Source of the DNA: an uncultured Bacteroides sp.
GTDB lineage: Bacteria > Bacillota > Clostridia > Oscillospirales > Acutalibacteraceae
NCBI GenBank assembly: GCA_964528285.1
Contig: CAZGRZ010000003.1
Location: forward strand, 813 to 64,812
Length of the DNA stretch: 64,000 bases
Direction: 5' to 3'
Shown here: positions 10,108 to 20,497 of the stretch, piece after piece
How positions within the stretch are numbered: position 1 is the first letter of the stretch
Layout of the letters: the number at the start of each line of letters is the position of its first letter
Made by a program: the position numbers and the translations under genes
Notes under the pieces: model-generated
Seen by the model: only the letters and a program-made list of their open reading frames with translations
The model's database searches: none
Told to the model about the DNA's origin: nothing

Positions 10108-11604
10108 TTATAAATTAAGAAGTTTAAATACCATTTGGCTCATATCTTCTTTATTGCAGACATAATTAAATCTGACTGATTTATCCTTTAATGATGCAAG
10201 TGGTTTCGGAACATCTGTCCCTGTTATTTTATTGAGCTCATCAACCATTTCAAACTCATCAAGCTCGGGAGTATCACCTCCGAGAACAGCAGTCAGAACA
10301 CTCTTTGAAAACTTATATGGTGAAGCAGTTGAAGCAATAACAGTCGGAATATCGTCACCTGTTGATTTTACATATTCATCATATACTTTCACTGCAACGG
10401 CTGTATGAGTATCACAAAGATATTTATATTTATCAAAATGATTTTTGATTGTGTCATTAACACTTTTTTCACTTGTAAATCCTGCATCAAAAACTGACTG
10501 AATTTCTTTGACAAGATTATTACTTACAGTATATTTACCATTTAAAGAGAGCTGAGACATAAGTTCAGCAACAAGCTTATCATCTTCACCGCTCATATGG
10601 TAAAGCAGTCTCTCAAGGTTTGATGAAATGAGAATGTCCATTGAAGGTGAGGTCGTTGTGTAAAAATCTCTGTTTCTGTTATATGTTCCTGTTTTAAGAA
10701 AATCTGTCAAAACATTATTTGAGTTGGAAGCACAGACAAGAGTTTTAATCGGAAGTCCCATTTTCTTTGCATAGTATCCTGCAAGAATATTTCCGAAATT
10801 ACCTGTCGGAACTACAACATTAATATCTTCACCAAGCTTTATTTTCCCCATGTCCATCATATCGCAGTATGCTGAAAAATAGTAAACAATCTGAGGCACA
10901 AGTCTTCCCCAATTAATAGAGTTTGCAGAAGAGAACATCATATTCTTATTTGCAAGCTCATCCTTTATTTTCTGATTTGTAAATATTGATTTTACAGCAC
11001 TCTGAGCGTCATCAAAATTGCCGTTGATTGCACAAACGGCAACATTATTTCCCTCCTGAGTAGTCATCTGCAATTTCTGCATTGGTGAAACGCCGGCAGC
11101 AGGATAAAAAACAAGTATCTTTGTATTATCAACATTTTTAAAACCTTCAAGCGCTGCTTTGCCTGTATCACCTGAGGTTGCAACAAGAATAACAATTGTT
11201 TTTCCATCGGCAGTCTTTTTTGCAGATACTGTCATGAGATACGGCAAAAGCTGAAGTGCCATATCTTTGAAAGCACAAGTAGGGCCGTGCCATAATTCAA
11301 GAATATTTTTATTTCCGTCAATATTAACAGTAGGCGCAATCTTTGAGGAAGAAAATTTGCTCTGAGCATAAGCCCCCTCAACACAGTAATCTAATTCTTC
11401 ATCAGTAAAATCAGTCAGAAATTCTTTAAGAATCATTTTGGCTCTGTCAACATACGGCATTGAAACCATAGCGTTGATTTTATCAAGTGAAAAATGAGGA
11501 AAATCACACGGAACGAAAAGACCGCCTTCCTCACTAATTCCCCGAGCAATTGCCTGTGAGGCAGTAACCTTTATTGACTTATCTCTTGTAGATGTGTAGA
11601 ACAT
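10108..11604 (-). CDS. thrC: Threonine synthase
   Basis: MFYTSTR start, HGPTCAFKD PLP lysine, ATSGDTG, NSINWGR, PTGNFG. Confidence 0.95.
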   Translation of the reverse strand: MFYTSTRDKSIKVTASQAIARGISEEGGLFVPCDFPHFSLDKINAMVSMPYVDRAKMILKEFLTDFTDEELDYCVEGAYAQSKFSSSKIAPTVNIDGNKNILELWHGPTCAFKDMALQLLPYLMTVSAKKTADGKTIVILVATSGDTGKAALEGFKNVDNTKILVFYPAAGVSPMQKLQMTTQEGNNVAVCAINGNFDDAQSAVKSIFTNQKIKDELANKNMMFSSANSINWGRLVPQIVYYFSAYCDMMDMGKIKLGEDINVVVPTGNFGNILAGYYAKKMGLPIKTLVCASNSNNVLTDFLKTGTYNRNRDFYTTTSPSMDILISSNLERLLYHMSGEDDKLVAELMSQLSLNGKYTVSNNLVKEIQSVFDAGFTSEKSVNDTIKNHFDKYKYLCDTHTAVAVKVYDEYVKSTGDDIPTVIASTASPYKFSKSVLTAVLGGDTPELDEFEMVDELNKITGTDVPKPLASLKDKSVRFNYVCNKEDMSQMVFKLLNL

Positions 11605-11613
11605 AACGATTCC

Positions 11614-11776
11614 CCATAGCCTTTCCGGCTGCAAACAGTTTATTAAATGTACCTATACGACTTGTTGCAGCCTGACAAGGCGTATAATGGAAATTAGCAA
11701 TCTCAAAATATAAATCCATAAGAATTAACGAAGTTGAAAACCACATTTTATAATAAAATTGAATTAATGTGATTAA
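11614..11776 (-). repeat. Dispersed structured 5'-UTR element, copy 1 (before thrC)
   Basis: Shares TGAGAT.GCT...CCATTATACGCCTTGT..GGCTGCA...TTTAAT.AACTGTTTG.AG..GGAAAGGCTAT.G with copies at 21.7 and 34.5 kb; 5' boundary approximate. Confidence 0.85.
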
Positions 11777-11819
11777 CATACTAAATCTCATCCTGAAAAT
11801 TACATATATTCTAATATAT

Positions 11820-12164
11820 CTAATAAGCATTTTCAAGATATTTTATTGATTTAATTTTATTATTCTCGGTATAAATCTCAATAACATCAAATCTTGGCTG
11901 TAAATCGGTTGGATGATATGCAAGATAAAACTCTGCAGTCTTAATTATTTTTCTCTGTTTGCATTCATCAACAAACTCTCTCGGAAGTGCAATTGAGGAC
12001 TCATTTCTCTGCTTAACTTCAACAAAACAAATGTACTTTTTATTTTTAACAATCAAATCAATTTCGCCAAAGCGTGAAGTAAAATTGAAATCAATCAATT
12101 TATATTTTCTTTTTTTAAGATATTTTGCCGCTTCAATTTCCCAAATTTTGCCGTTGATATTCAT
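11820..12164 (-). CDS. YraN family (UPF0102) protein
   Basis: GEIDLI, FVEVK, RFDVIEI; follows rnhB. Confidence 0.9.
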   Translation of the reverse strand: MNINGKIWEIEAAKYLKKRKYKLIDFNFTSRFGEIDLIVKNKKYICFVEVKQRNESSIALPREFVDECKQRKIIKTAEFYLAYHPTDLQPRFDVIEIYTENNKIKSIKYLENAY

Positions 12165-12194
12165 ATATTACAATCACCAATTTCAAAGCAGAAA

Positions 12195-12803
12195 TTATTT
12201 TATTATCTTCTTTAAAAATGTTTTTCTGTGTATAGGAGATATTCCGTATTTTTCTATCATTTCATAATGGAGCTTTGTACCATAGCCTTTATGCTTTTCA
12301 AACTGATATTCCGGATACTTTTCCGCCATTTTAAGCATATACCTGTCTCGGCTGACCTTAGCAATTATTGATGCAGCAGCAATACTTGCACTCTTTGCAT
12401 CACCCTTAACTATCGTTTGCTGAGGAATGTCGAGCTCAGGTGCTCTATTACCGTCAATTAATGCAAAATCAGGTCTAACGTAAAGCCCTTTGACAGCTCT
12501 TCTCATGGCAAGAAATGTAGCCTGAAGGATATTAATGTTATCAATTTCCTTCTCATCAGCAACACCTATACTATAAGAAACACATTCGTCAATTATTTTG
12601 TCAAAGAGGATTTCCCTCTTTTTTTCACTTAATTTTTTAGAATCATTGACTCCGTCAACAATATGTCCTTTTGGAAGAATAACAGCTGCTGCATAAACAG
12701 GTCCGGCAAGAGGTCCGCGTCCTGCTTCATCTACACCGCAGATGATTTCATATCCGCTTTCACGTGCTTTATCTTCATATTCAAGCCAATTAATACTATC
12801 CAT
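12195..12803 (-). CDS. rnhB: Ribonuclease HII
   Basis: GVDEAGRGPLAGPV, DSKKL, AASIIAKVSRD, HKGYGT. Confidence 0.97.
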   Translation of the reverse strand: MDSINWLEYEDKARESGYEIICGVDEAGRGPLAGPVYAAAVILPKGHIVDGVNDSKKLSEKKREILFDKIIDECVSYSIGVADEKEIDNINILQATFLAMRRAVKGLYVRPDFALIDGNRAPELDIPQQTIVKGDAKSASIAAASIIAKVSRDRYMLKMAEKYPEYQFEKHKGYGTKLHYEMIEKYGISPIHRKTFLKKIIK

Positions 12804-12805
12804 AA

Positions 12806-13669
12806 TTACGGTAATTCCAGAGTAATATTACCCAGCTTCCCTCCTCTGAATTCATCACATATCATAACGGCAGTGCGTTCATAATTGATCTCTCCGCCTT
12901 TAATCAGAAAGCCTCGCTTTTTTCCGATTAATTCAAGAATTTGCCAGCCCTGAAGGGCATTAATGCTGTCAAGTTTATATCTATTCAAAATAGCTTGCGG
13001 ATGGGTTTTTGACAATGTTTCAAGCAGACGGCAGGAGAGCGTTTCAATATCAGTTACTTCATCTTTTACAGCGCCTGTGAAGGCAAGCTTGTCACCGACT
13101 TCTTTATCATCAAATTTCGGCCAGAGAATACCCGGAGTGTCAAGCAGTTCAATACCGTTGCCCACTGAAAACCATTGATTTTGCCTTGTAACTCCTGCTT
13201 TGTCTGCAACCTTTGCCTTTGCATTACCTGCCATACGGTTAATAAACGAAGACTTGCCGGTATTCGGAATACCGACAACCATAAGCCTCAATGCCTTCCC
13301 TGCCATATTCTTTCTTTCATTTCTCACAATAACTTCTTTTAAAGTTTTTCTGACAGCCGGAATAAACTGATTGAGTCCCTTTCCTGTTCTGCAATCAACA
13401 GGGAGAGCAATAATTCCCATGGATTTATAATAATCAATCCAAAGCCTTGTTGCGTTTGAATCAGCAATATCAGCTTTATTAAGAAGAACAATCTTCGGCT
13501 TCTTTTTAATAATCTGATTAAGCTCAGGATTGGATGAACTGTATGGTATTCTTGCATCAACAATTTCAACAACACCGTCAACAAGGGAAAGACTTTCTTT
13601 AATCTGTCTTCTTGTCTTTGCCATATGACCCGGGAACCACTGAACAGTCTGCTTTTGAAAATCAGCCAT
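12806..13669 (-). CDS. rbgA: Ribosome biogenesis GTPase YlqF/RbgA
   Basis: QWFPGHMAK, DARIP, NKAD before GIPNTGKS (circularly permuted), DTPG. Confidence 0.95.
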   Translation of the reverse strand: MADFQKQTVQWFPGHMAKTRRQIKESLSLVDGVVEIVDARIPYSSSNPELNQIIKKKPKIVLLNKADIADSNATRLWIDYYKSMGIIALPVDCRTGKGLNQFIPAVRKTLKEVIVRNERKNMAGKALRLMVVGIPNTGKSSFINRMAGNAKAKVADKAGVTRQNQWFSVGNGIELLDTPGILWPKFDDKEVGDKLAFTGAVKDEVTDIETLSCRLLETLSKTHPQAILNRYKLDSINALQGWQILELIGKKRGFLIKGGEINYERTAVMICDEFRGGKLGNITLELP

Positions 13670-13872
13670 ATTGTTCTCCTTTCTCTATTTTGTATATTAT
13701 ACTTTATTATAAATAAAAAAGCAAATTAAAAGGTATTCAAAATATTTTTACTATTACATCTATTAAGCAAAGCAAGATGGTATTAATTATCATTCCTGAA
13801 TTTTTTAAATTTTACGAATAAATTAGAGGAGTTTTTCTTCTGAAATTTGTTACATTAATTAATAAAAGCAAA

Positions 13873-13896
13873 AAAGCCACAGTAAACTGCGGCTTT
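13873..13896 (-). terminator. Intrinsic terminator after rplS
   Basis: Minus strand AAAGCCGCAG-TTTA-CTGTGGCTTT then TT. Confidence 0.75.
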
Positions 13897-13908
13897 AATT
13901 CCATATAA

Positions 13909-14253
13909 TTACTGAATATTTTCTTTAACCTTTGCTGCCTTACCGACACGGTCACGAAGATAGTAAAGCTTTGCACGGCGAACCTTACCTGTACGAACAA
14001 CTTTAACATCAACAACATTAGGTGAATGCATTGGAAATACTCTTTCAACACCGACGCCGTAGGAAAGACGACGAACTGTGAAAGTTTTTGAAATGCCTGA
14101 ACCTTTAATTGCGATAACTGTTCCTTCAAACATCTGAATCCTTTCACGGGAACCTTCACGGATATTAACTGATACTCTTACTGTATCACCGATACCAAAC
14201 TCAGGGAGTTCATTTTTAGTGCTGTCTTTTTCGATTAACTTAAGTGCGTCCAT
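13909..14253 (-). CDS. rplS: 50S ribosomal protein L19
   Basis: [27 protein letters not shown]. Confidence 0.98.
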   Translation of the reverse strand: MDALKLIEKDSTKNELPEFGIGDTVRVSVNIREGSRERIQMFEGTVIAIKGSGISKTFTVRRLSYGVGVERVFPMHSPNVVDVKVVRTGKVRRAKLYYLRDRVGKAAKVKENIQ

Positions 14254-14277
14254 TTCATTTTCCTCCTTATTATTTAT

Positions 14278-14325
14278 GAGATGTTCATAACAAAATCAAA
14301 ATGAAATTGAAAGCGGACCATCCTC
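14278..14325 (-). promoter_or_regulatory. L19 leader (ribosomal protein leader RNA)
   Basis: Minus strand GATGGTCCGCT...ATGAACATC stem just 5' of the rplS SD, as I recall the Firmicute L19 leader pattern. Confidence 0.7.
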
Positions 14326-14433
14326 TCAAATGCTCACACATCGGGCATTCACGCGTTGCAAGAGATACAACGGACTTAATGCTGATTTATATTATCACAA
14401 TTGATAATAAAATGCAAGACTTTTTTATTTTAT

Positions 14434-15099
14434 TTATCGGAATTCTTTATAATTCTTATCAAGAATTGAAATTCTGCTGATACTTTTCCACTCAAAATCC
14501 ATATCAATCAGTCTTATAATTGTATCAAACAGAAGAGATGGATTGAGATTTTTTTCAGGTCCGGCAAGCAGACGGATATTAAGAATAATCAAATCATCTC
14601 TGATTGAAATATTATATTTGTTAACATAAGGCTTTATATTGGTTTCTTTGAAAATTCTTTTTTTACCATGCTTGACTTTTTTTAAAGCCAATATTTCATC
14701 ACTTTCAAGAACAGCTTTAATTTTTTTTACAGCCGTTTGATTATCCTCAAAAGCAAATTTAAAAACATAATCTGAATAAGCAATTTCACTGCAGTCACGA
14801 AAATCGTCATAAACATCAAGAATTTTCAAATCATCAGGAAGGACAGCGTTCATTCTGCTTTTTATGTCATCATTCGACATATCCTCAATGAGCCTAATGT
14901 CAACACTTTCACAAAGGCTTTCAACACCAAGAGAAAGCGGAAGGGAAAAGCTCATATACGGATGAGGGTTAAAGCCTTCCGTAAACCAAATAGGAATTTT
15001 TGCTCTGCCAAGTGCCCTTGAAATTGCTCTGTTAATATCAAGGTGGCTGATATATTTGAGCCTCCCCTGCTTTGCAAAACGGAGTCTAACCTCGCGCAT
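14434..15099 (-). CDS. Radical SAM-linked protein (TIGR03936/DUF2344 type)
   Basis: KYISHLD, FTEGFNPHP, LSLGVES; coupled to upstream radical SAM gene. Confidence 0.88.
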   Translation of the reverse strand: MREVRLRFAKQGRLKYISHLDINRAISRALGRAKIPIWFTEGFNPHPYMSFSLPLSLGVESLCESVDIRLIEDMSNDDIKSRMNAVLPDDLKILDVYDDFRDCSEIAYSDYVFKFAFEDNQTAVKKIKAVLESDEILALKKVKHGKKRIFKETNIKPYVNKYNISIRDDLIILNIRLLAGPEKNLNPSLLFDTIIRLIDMDFEWKSISRISILDKNYKEFR

Positions 15100-16927
15100 C
15101 ACATTTACCTCCGTTTAATTTATCGGCTCCGCATCCTGCACAATGTATACGGCAGTGAGGCGTTGTCCGGTTGTTATGTGCCTTTCTGTTTTCATTTTCG
15201 AGGAATTTTCTGCTTACGCCAAAATCAAGATGATCCCAAGGCAAGAGTTCTGTAAATTCACGCTTTCTGTGTGTATAGAAATACGGATCAATATTATTTT
15301 CATCAAAAGCCTGCATCCACGCATCAAAATTAAACTGATCATCCCATGAGTCAAATTTACAGCCTAATTCAAAAGCTCTCAGTATAACTTTTCCGAGCCG
15401 CCTGTCACCGCGTGCCAGCACGCCTTCAAGCAGAGAGGTTGGTGTATCGTGATAAGACACCTTTATTTTTTTAGTAGGGATACATTCAAGAAGATATTTC
15501 TGTTTCTTCTTAAGCGACTCCATGCTGTCCTCAGGCTCCCATTGAAAAGGAGTAAAAGGCTTTGGAATAAATGAGGCACAGGATATCGAAACCTGCACAC
15601 CCGTTCCCTTTCGCCTGTTTGGATTATTATAAAATGCGTGTATAACTTCCATTCCCAAATCAGCAATACCCTTTATATCTTCAAGAGTTTCGGTAGGAAG
15701 TCCCATCATAAAATACAGCTTAACTGAGGTCCAGCCATTGTTGAAAGCTTTAGTGCAGGTTTTTATTACTTCATCCTGTGTAACATTCTTATTGATTACA
15801 TCTCGCAGACGCTGTGTTCCGGCCTCAGGCGCGAATGTAAGACCGCTCCGCCTTACCTTATTAAGCTGTTCAACAAGTGCATCAGAAAAATTATCGACTC
15901 TCAAACTTGGCAGTGAAAGATTAATATTCTCCTTAACAGTCCAATCAATTAATGTTGTAAGCATTTCATTTACATTACTGTGGTCAGAGGTTGACAATGA
16001 ACAAAGGGAGATTTCATCATATCCCGTTGATTCAATCAAATCCTTGCATTGTTTATTTATTGTATTAACACTTTTTTCTCTTATAGGGCGATAAATAAAG
16101 CCTGCCTGACAGAAGCGGCAGCCGCGTATACAGCCTCGAAATATTTCTTCAACAGCTCTGTCGTGAACAATATTGATATATGGAACAACAAATTTATTTG
16201 GATAATACACCTTGTCCATATCACAGACAATTGACTTTTTTACTTTTTCCGGTGCATCGTTTACAGGTCGAAGTGATTTCAATGTTCCGTTGTCATTATA
16301 AGCATCAACATAAAATGACGGTACATACACACCTGTAATATCCTTTGCTTTTAAAAGAAATTCTTGTTTTGACAATGATTTGCTTTTACATTCTTTTAAA
16401 AGGTCAATTACCTGATTGGTGCTATTTTCCCCCTCTCCCAGGAAAACTATATCAACAAAATCGGCAATAGGCTCAGGATTACAGCAGCAAGGACCGCCAG
16501 CGCAGATAACAGGTGTTAAATCAGTTCTGTCATTTGATTTTAAAGGGATATGAGCAAGATCGAGCATATTAAGTACATTTGTATATGAAAGCTCATACTG
16601 AAGTGTAAAACCGATAATATCAAAATCTTTGATATAATCGCCGCTCTCAAGGGCAAACAGAGGAACATTATTTTTTCTCATTTGCTCTTCCATATCATTA
16701 TCAGGTGCAAATACGCGTTCACACCAGGCGTCAGCTCGTTCATTGACCAAGCCGTAAAGTATTTTCATACCGAGATGACTCATACCAATCTCGTATGTAT
16801 CAGGAAAGCAAAACGCATAACGAATATCAACGCTGTTTGCATCCTTAACAACAGCATTAAGCTCACCGCCGATATACCGTGCAGGTTTTTGAACATATTG
16901 GAGTAGCTTTTCAATCTCTCTTTTCAT
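15086..16927 (-). CDS. B12-binding-like radical SAM protein (TIGR03960 type)
   Basis: VQKPARYIGGE, FPDTYEIGMSH, CIRGCRFC CxxxCxxC, TFAPEAG. Confidence 0.9.
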   Translation of the reverse strand: MKREIEKLLQYVQKPARYIGGELNAVVKDANSVDIRYAFCFPDTYEIGMSHLGMKILYGLVNERADAWCERVFAPDNDMEEQMRKNNVPLFALESGDYIKDFDIIGFTLQYELSYTNVLNMLDLAHIPLKSNDRTDLTPVICAGGPCCCNPEPIADFVDIVFLGEGENSTNQVIDLLKECKSKSLSKQEFLLKAKDITGVYVPSFYVDAYNDNGTLKSLRPVNDAPEKVKKSIVCDMDKVYYPNKFVVPYINIVHDRAVEEIFRGCIRGCRFCQAGFIYRPIREKSVNTINKQCKDLIESTGYDEISLCSLSTSDHSNVNEMLTTLIDWTVKENINLSLPSLRVDNFSDALVEQLNKVRRSGLTFAPEAGTQRLRDVINKNVTQDEVIKTCTKAFNNGWTSVKLYFMMGLPTETLEDIKGIADLGMEVIHAFYNNPNRRKGTGVQVSISCASFIPKPFTPFQWEPEDSMESLKKKQKYLLECIPTKKIKVSYHDTPTSLLEGVLARGDRRLGKVILRAFELGCKFDSWDDQFNFDAWMQAFDENNIDPYFYTHRKREFTELLPWDHLDFGVSRKFLENENRKAHNNRTTPHCRIHCAGCGADKLNGGKCDARG

Positions 16928-16935
16928 AAAATACC

Positions 16936-17451
16936 TCAATAGCAAATACTGTAAAAAATCAAATAAACAGATATAAATAACAAAGAAAATGAATTATAGA
17001 ACAAAATCAACCAAACAGAAAGAAATGAAATTATGATTATAAATACCGCGCTTAAAATCGTTGATAATTTGTAAGAAAATAATCTTATAACTCTTCCGCC
17101 GTCAAGCGGATATATGGGAAGCACATTCAAAATAAAAAGCAATAGATTAATATCATCTCTGATAATCAGCCACAAAATAAAATTTACTAAAGGACCTGAA
17201 ATAATAATTAATAACTCTCTTAATCTCGGAATGTTATCACAATACTTTAATCCGAAACCATAAAAAGAAAAGGTCAAGCTCTTTGGCTTGCCTCTGCAAA
17301 GCATGAGCGTCACAAAATGCCCTAATTCATGCAAGGAAGAAAAAAGCATAAGAAATATAACTTCCCTTGCCGAAAACAAAGCAGAAAAGCTCAAAATAAG
17401 AATGAAAGAAAAATCTATTGTTATGGTGCAATCTTTAATATTAAAATTCAC
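16936..17451 (-). CDS. Site-2 protease / M50 peptidase (SpoIVFB-like, short)
   Basis: HELGH, SGPLVN, NVLPIYPLDGG; hydrophobic; GTG start. Confidence 0.85.
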   Translation of the reverse strand: MNFNIKDCTITIDFSFILILSFSALFSAREVIFLMLFSSLHELGHFVTLMLCRGKPKSLTFSFYGFGLKYCDNIPRLRELLIIISGPLVNFILWLIIRDDINLLLFILNVLPIYPLDGGRVIRLFSYKLSTILSAVFIIIISFLSVWLILFYNSFSLLFISVYLIFYSICY

Positions 17452-17498
17452 TTAATCACCAAATCATAATATTAAAAACTGCGGGGAAAAATTACTTT

Positions 17499-17909
17499 TT
17501 ATTTTCTTTTATCAATATAGCTTTGTAAAATAACAACAGCCGATACAGCATCGACAACAGCTTTTCTTTTTTTACCTCGGACATTGTTTGCTGACAAGAT
17601 ATCGTGGGCAATAACAGTAGTCAACCGTTCATCTTCAAAATCTATGGGAATATCAACTGATTTTTCGAGTAAGTTCTTAAGCTCAATACATTTGTCCGCC
17701 CTGAAACCGCACGTACCGTCCATATTCTTAGGAAGGCCAATAACAATTAATTCAGGAGCTTCTGTATTAATAATATCCACAATTCTGTTAATAAGCTTTG
17801 GAAGATAAGCTTCTTCAATAACTGTATATGATGATGCGAGAATTTCTTTTTTATCACAAAAGGCAATTCCCGTTCTTACATCACCGTAATCAATTGACAT
17901 AATTTTCAT
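17499..17909 (-). CDS. ruvX: YqgF/RuvX nuclease
   Basis: IDYGDVRTGIA, IGLPKNMDG, DERLTT, VDAVSAVVILQ. Confidence 0.93.
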   Translation of the reverse strand: MKIMSIDYGDVRTGIAFCDKKEILASSYTVIEEAYLPKLINRIVDIINTEAPELIVIGLPKNMDGTCGFRADKCIELKNLLEKSVDIPIDFEDERLTTVIAHDILSANNVRGKKRKAVVDAVSAVVILQSYIDKRK

Positions 17910-17929
17910 ATCATCACCAATGAACAGAA

Positions 17930-17956
17930 AGGGAAATCAGAAAAACTGATTTCCCT
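17930..17956 (-). terminator. Terminator-like hairpin after PBP gene
   Basis: AGGGAAATCAG/CTGATTTCCCT 11-bp stem. Confidence 0.65.
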
Positions 17957-17968
17957 AAACTGCAATAA

Positions 17969-20410
17969 TTATTCCTCCTCATTATCAGGCTTTTTTGTTA
18001 CCTGAGCTTGTGCAGCCGTGGTCTCAGCAGCTGTTGTATCGCCTGCTGAATCTGAACTTCTTGTTGTAGTATTTGAAGCCTTTTCAGCAGTATTTTCATA
18101 AGTTTCATCACCATGTCCGCCTGAACAATAACCGGGCAGATTATTAACATCATACCAGCCGTAGCTTCCTGTACCTGATCTTAGTTTACCGCAATAAGGA
18201 CAATATGACCTTTGAACAATACCGTCACATTCAGGAAACTCGGTCTCATAACTGATGCCATTTTTATCAAAAGTATCATAAATCTCTGTCATAACAGTAT
18301 TCCAGATTGTTCCCGAAGGATTATATGACAAGCTGTAATTAACTTCCTTTGGTGTATCATAGCCATACCATGTTACTGCAACGAAGTCAGGAGTCCCGGC
18401 AGCAAACCATCTATCCTTATCATCAGTTGTCGTACCTGTCTTACCAAAGCATTCAATACCTGAAAGCTTGTAATACTGACCTGTACCGCCTGTCATAACA
18501 GTCTGTAGGAGCTTATTCATTACCCAGCTTGTATTTTCAGAAAGGGCTTTCTGCTTTGTCTTTTCAGGATCTTTTTCAATAATGACATTACCCTGACTGT
18601 CAAGAATTTTATAATAGCAATAAGGCTCATAGTAATATCCGCCGTTACCGAAGGCGGCATATGCAGCAGTCATATCAAGAACAGTTGCACCATTAGTTAA
18701 AGAACCGATTGCAAGCGGGCCGTAATCAACATCCCACGTACTGTCAAGTGTTGATATGTGAAAATTCTCACTCAGATATTCATATGAATAATCAACAGAA
18801 ATCATATCAAGGGTTCTTGCAGATATAGTGTTAAGCGAATTTGCAAGACCTCTTTGAAGCGTCATACTCTGTGAAGAATATGATCCGTTATCATTATGCG
18901 GCCAAGGTTCACCGTCAACTACCTTGAGCGGTGAATCCTGTATTATGGTTGACCAATAAATATTTGTATCAGGGTCGTTCAGACTCTTTTCAAGTGCGGG
19001 TCCGTAAACAGAAAGCGGCTTTATTGTTGAGCCGACAGGTCTTGTGGCCATTGTTGCGCGGTTAAAAAGCAACGAGCCTTTATTCTTACCTGTACCGCCT
19101 ATTATACCCATTACCCTGCCGCTGTAATCCATAACGCACATTGCACCCTGAACTGTCTCGTCAGGCATTTTTCTGTAATTTTCATATACATCTTCCAGTG
19201 CATCCTGAATATCAAAATCAATCGCAGAATAGATTTTAAGGCCGCCGCCGTAAATCATATCATGAGCTTTTTTCTTTGTATATCCCATTTTTTGCAGGTC
19301 TTCTTCAACGGTAGTGATAACATAATCAACATAATAATTGGTTATTTCATCATTATCTTTCTTTGAAGATTGTTCCTTAAGCTGCGAGCCTTTATAATTT
19401 TCACTGTTTGTGAAAACCATTTCATATTCTAGAGCCTCATTATATTCATCAGCTGTAAGGAAAGCAAGATCAGAATCCTTCATCTGACTGAGAACCCAAA
19501 GCTGACGCTCTCGGTTAGCGTCGGGGTTACTCAACGGGTCATACGCAGACGGTGCTTTTGTAATTGATGAAAGACAAGCACATTCTGCGGCATTAAGATC
19601 TGACACCTCTTTACCAAAATAAACCTCAGCGGCCGTTTTTACACCATAGCAGCCGTTTGAGAGATAAATGGTATTAAGATAGGCTTCCAGTATCTCATCT
19701 TTTGAATAGTTTCGCTCAAGGTTCAATGCCCTGAGAATTTCATTGAACTTTCTTACATAAGTAACTTTATTATCATCCGTCAAATTTTTAATTAACTGCT
19801 GAGTGATTGTTGAACCGCCCTGATCATTCTGCTGTATAAATACGGCTATTGTTCTGAACCAGTCAACACCGTGATGCTTATAAAAACGCTTATCCTCTGT
19901 TGCAATAAAAGCCTCAGGGAGATATTCACTCATATCATCGATGTCGACCCATATGCGGTTTTCTTCTCCATGTAGTCTGGTAATCTCGACCTCGTCATCG
20001 CCGTCAGTACCATAAATAAAGGAAGTCTGGTTCTGCGAAAACTTTTCTTCCGTAAGGTCAAAAACAGGATCGCCGTAAACAACGCTGTAGCCGTAAATAG
20101 CAATTACGGAAAAGCAGACAATACCAACAACACCGATTATCATAAGCATACCAAGAAGGACTTTTCCGACAACGGAAAAAGATTTCTGAACAGGCGTCTT
20201 CTTTTTCTTCTTTTTGCGTTTTTTCTTTTGAGCAAGCTGTTGTTCAATCTGTCTGCCGCGCTGAACCTTGCTTGACTTTTTGTCAGGATTGGAAACGCTG
20301 TAAAAATTCGGGACATTATTCTCTGAATGCTTATGTTCATCTTCGTCATAAGCCTTCTCAGAATTATTCATAAACGATTCAAGTAAATCATCATAATTAT
20401 TTGAAGCCAT
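17969..20410 (-). CDS. Class A penicillin-binding protein (PBP1A type)
   Basis: Single TM, EDKRFYKHHGVD and GGSTITQQL transglycosylase motifs; STIK, SLN and KTG transpeptidase motifs. Confidence 0.93.
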   Translation of the reverse strand: MASNNYDDLLESFMNNSEKAYDEDEHKHSENNVPNFYSVSNPDKKSSKVQRGRQIEQQLAQKKKRKKKKKKTPVQKSFSVVGKVLLGMLMIIGVVGIVCFSVIAIYGYSVVYGDPVFDLTEEKFSQNQTSFIYGTDGDDEVEITRLHGEENRIWVDIDDMSEYLPEAFIATEDKRFYKHHGVDWFRTIAVFIQQNDQGGSTITQQLIKNLTDDNKVTYVRKFNEILRALNLERNYSKDEILEAYLNTIYLSNGCYGVKTAAEVYFGKEVSDLNAAECACLSSITKAPSAYDPLSNPDANRERQLWVLSQMKDSDLAFLTADEYNEALEYEMVFTNSENYKGSQLKEQSSKKDNDEITNYYVDYVITTVEEDLQKMGYTKKKAHDMIYGGGLKIYSAIDFDIQDALEDVYENYRKMPDETVQGAMCVMDYSGRVMGIIGGTGKNKGSLLFNRATMATRPVGSTIKPLSVYGPALEKSLNDPDTNIYWSTIIQDSPLKVVDGEPWPHNDNGSYSSQSMTLQRGLANSLNTISARTLDMISVDYSYEYLSENFHISTLDSTWDVDYGPLAIGSLTNGATVLDMTAAYAAFGNGGYYYEPYCYYKILDSQGNVIIEKDPEKTKQKALSENTSWVMNKLLQTVMTGGTGQYYKLSGIECFGKTGTTTDDKDRWFAAGTPDFVAVTWYGYDTPKEVNYSLSYNPSGTIWNTVMTEIYDTFDKNGISYETEFPECDGIVQRSYCPYCGKLRSGTGSYGWYDVNNLPGYCSGGHGDETYENTAEKASNTTTRSSDSAGDTTAAETTAAQAQVTKKPDNEEE

Positions 20411-20497
20411 TTATAACACCTCAAGAGTAATTTAAATAATTATAATACATAATTAAAAATAAATAAAGGGGTAAATTGTAAACATTTGTAATATTTT

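Noticed and set aside
11605-11819. T-box or amino-acid riboswitch upstream of thrC
   Set aside because: No T-box GGTGG.ACC motif or terminator, and the same sequence precedes unrelated genes.
13670-13872. AT-rich gap between rplS and rbgA where a signal peptidase gene often lies
   Set aside because: No ORF remnant or structure is recognisable; probably promoter and spacer DNA.
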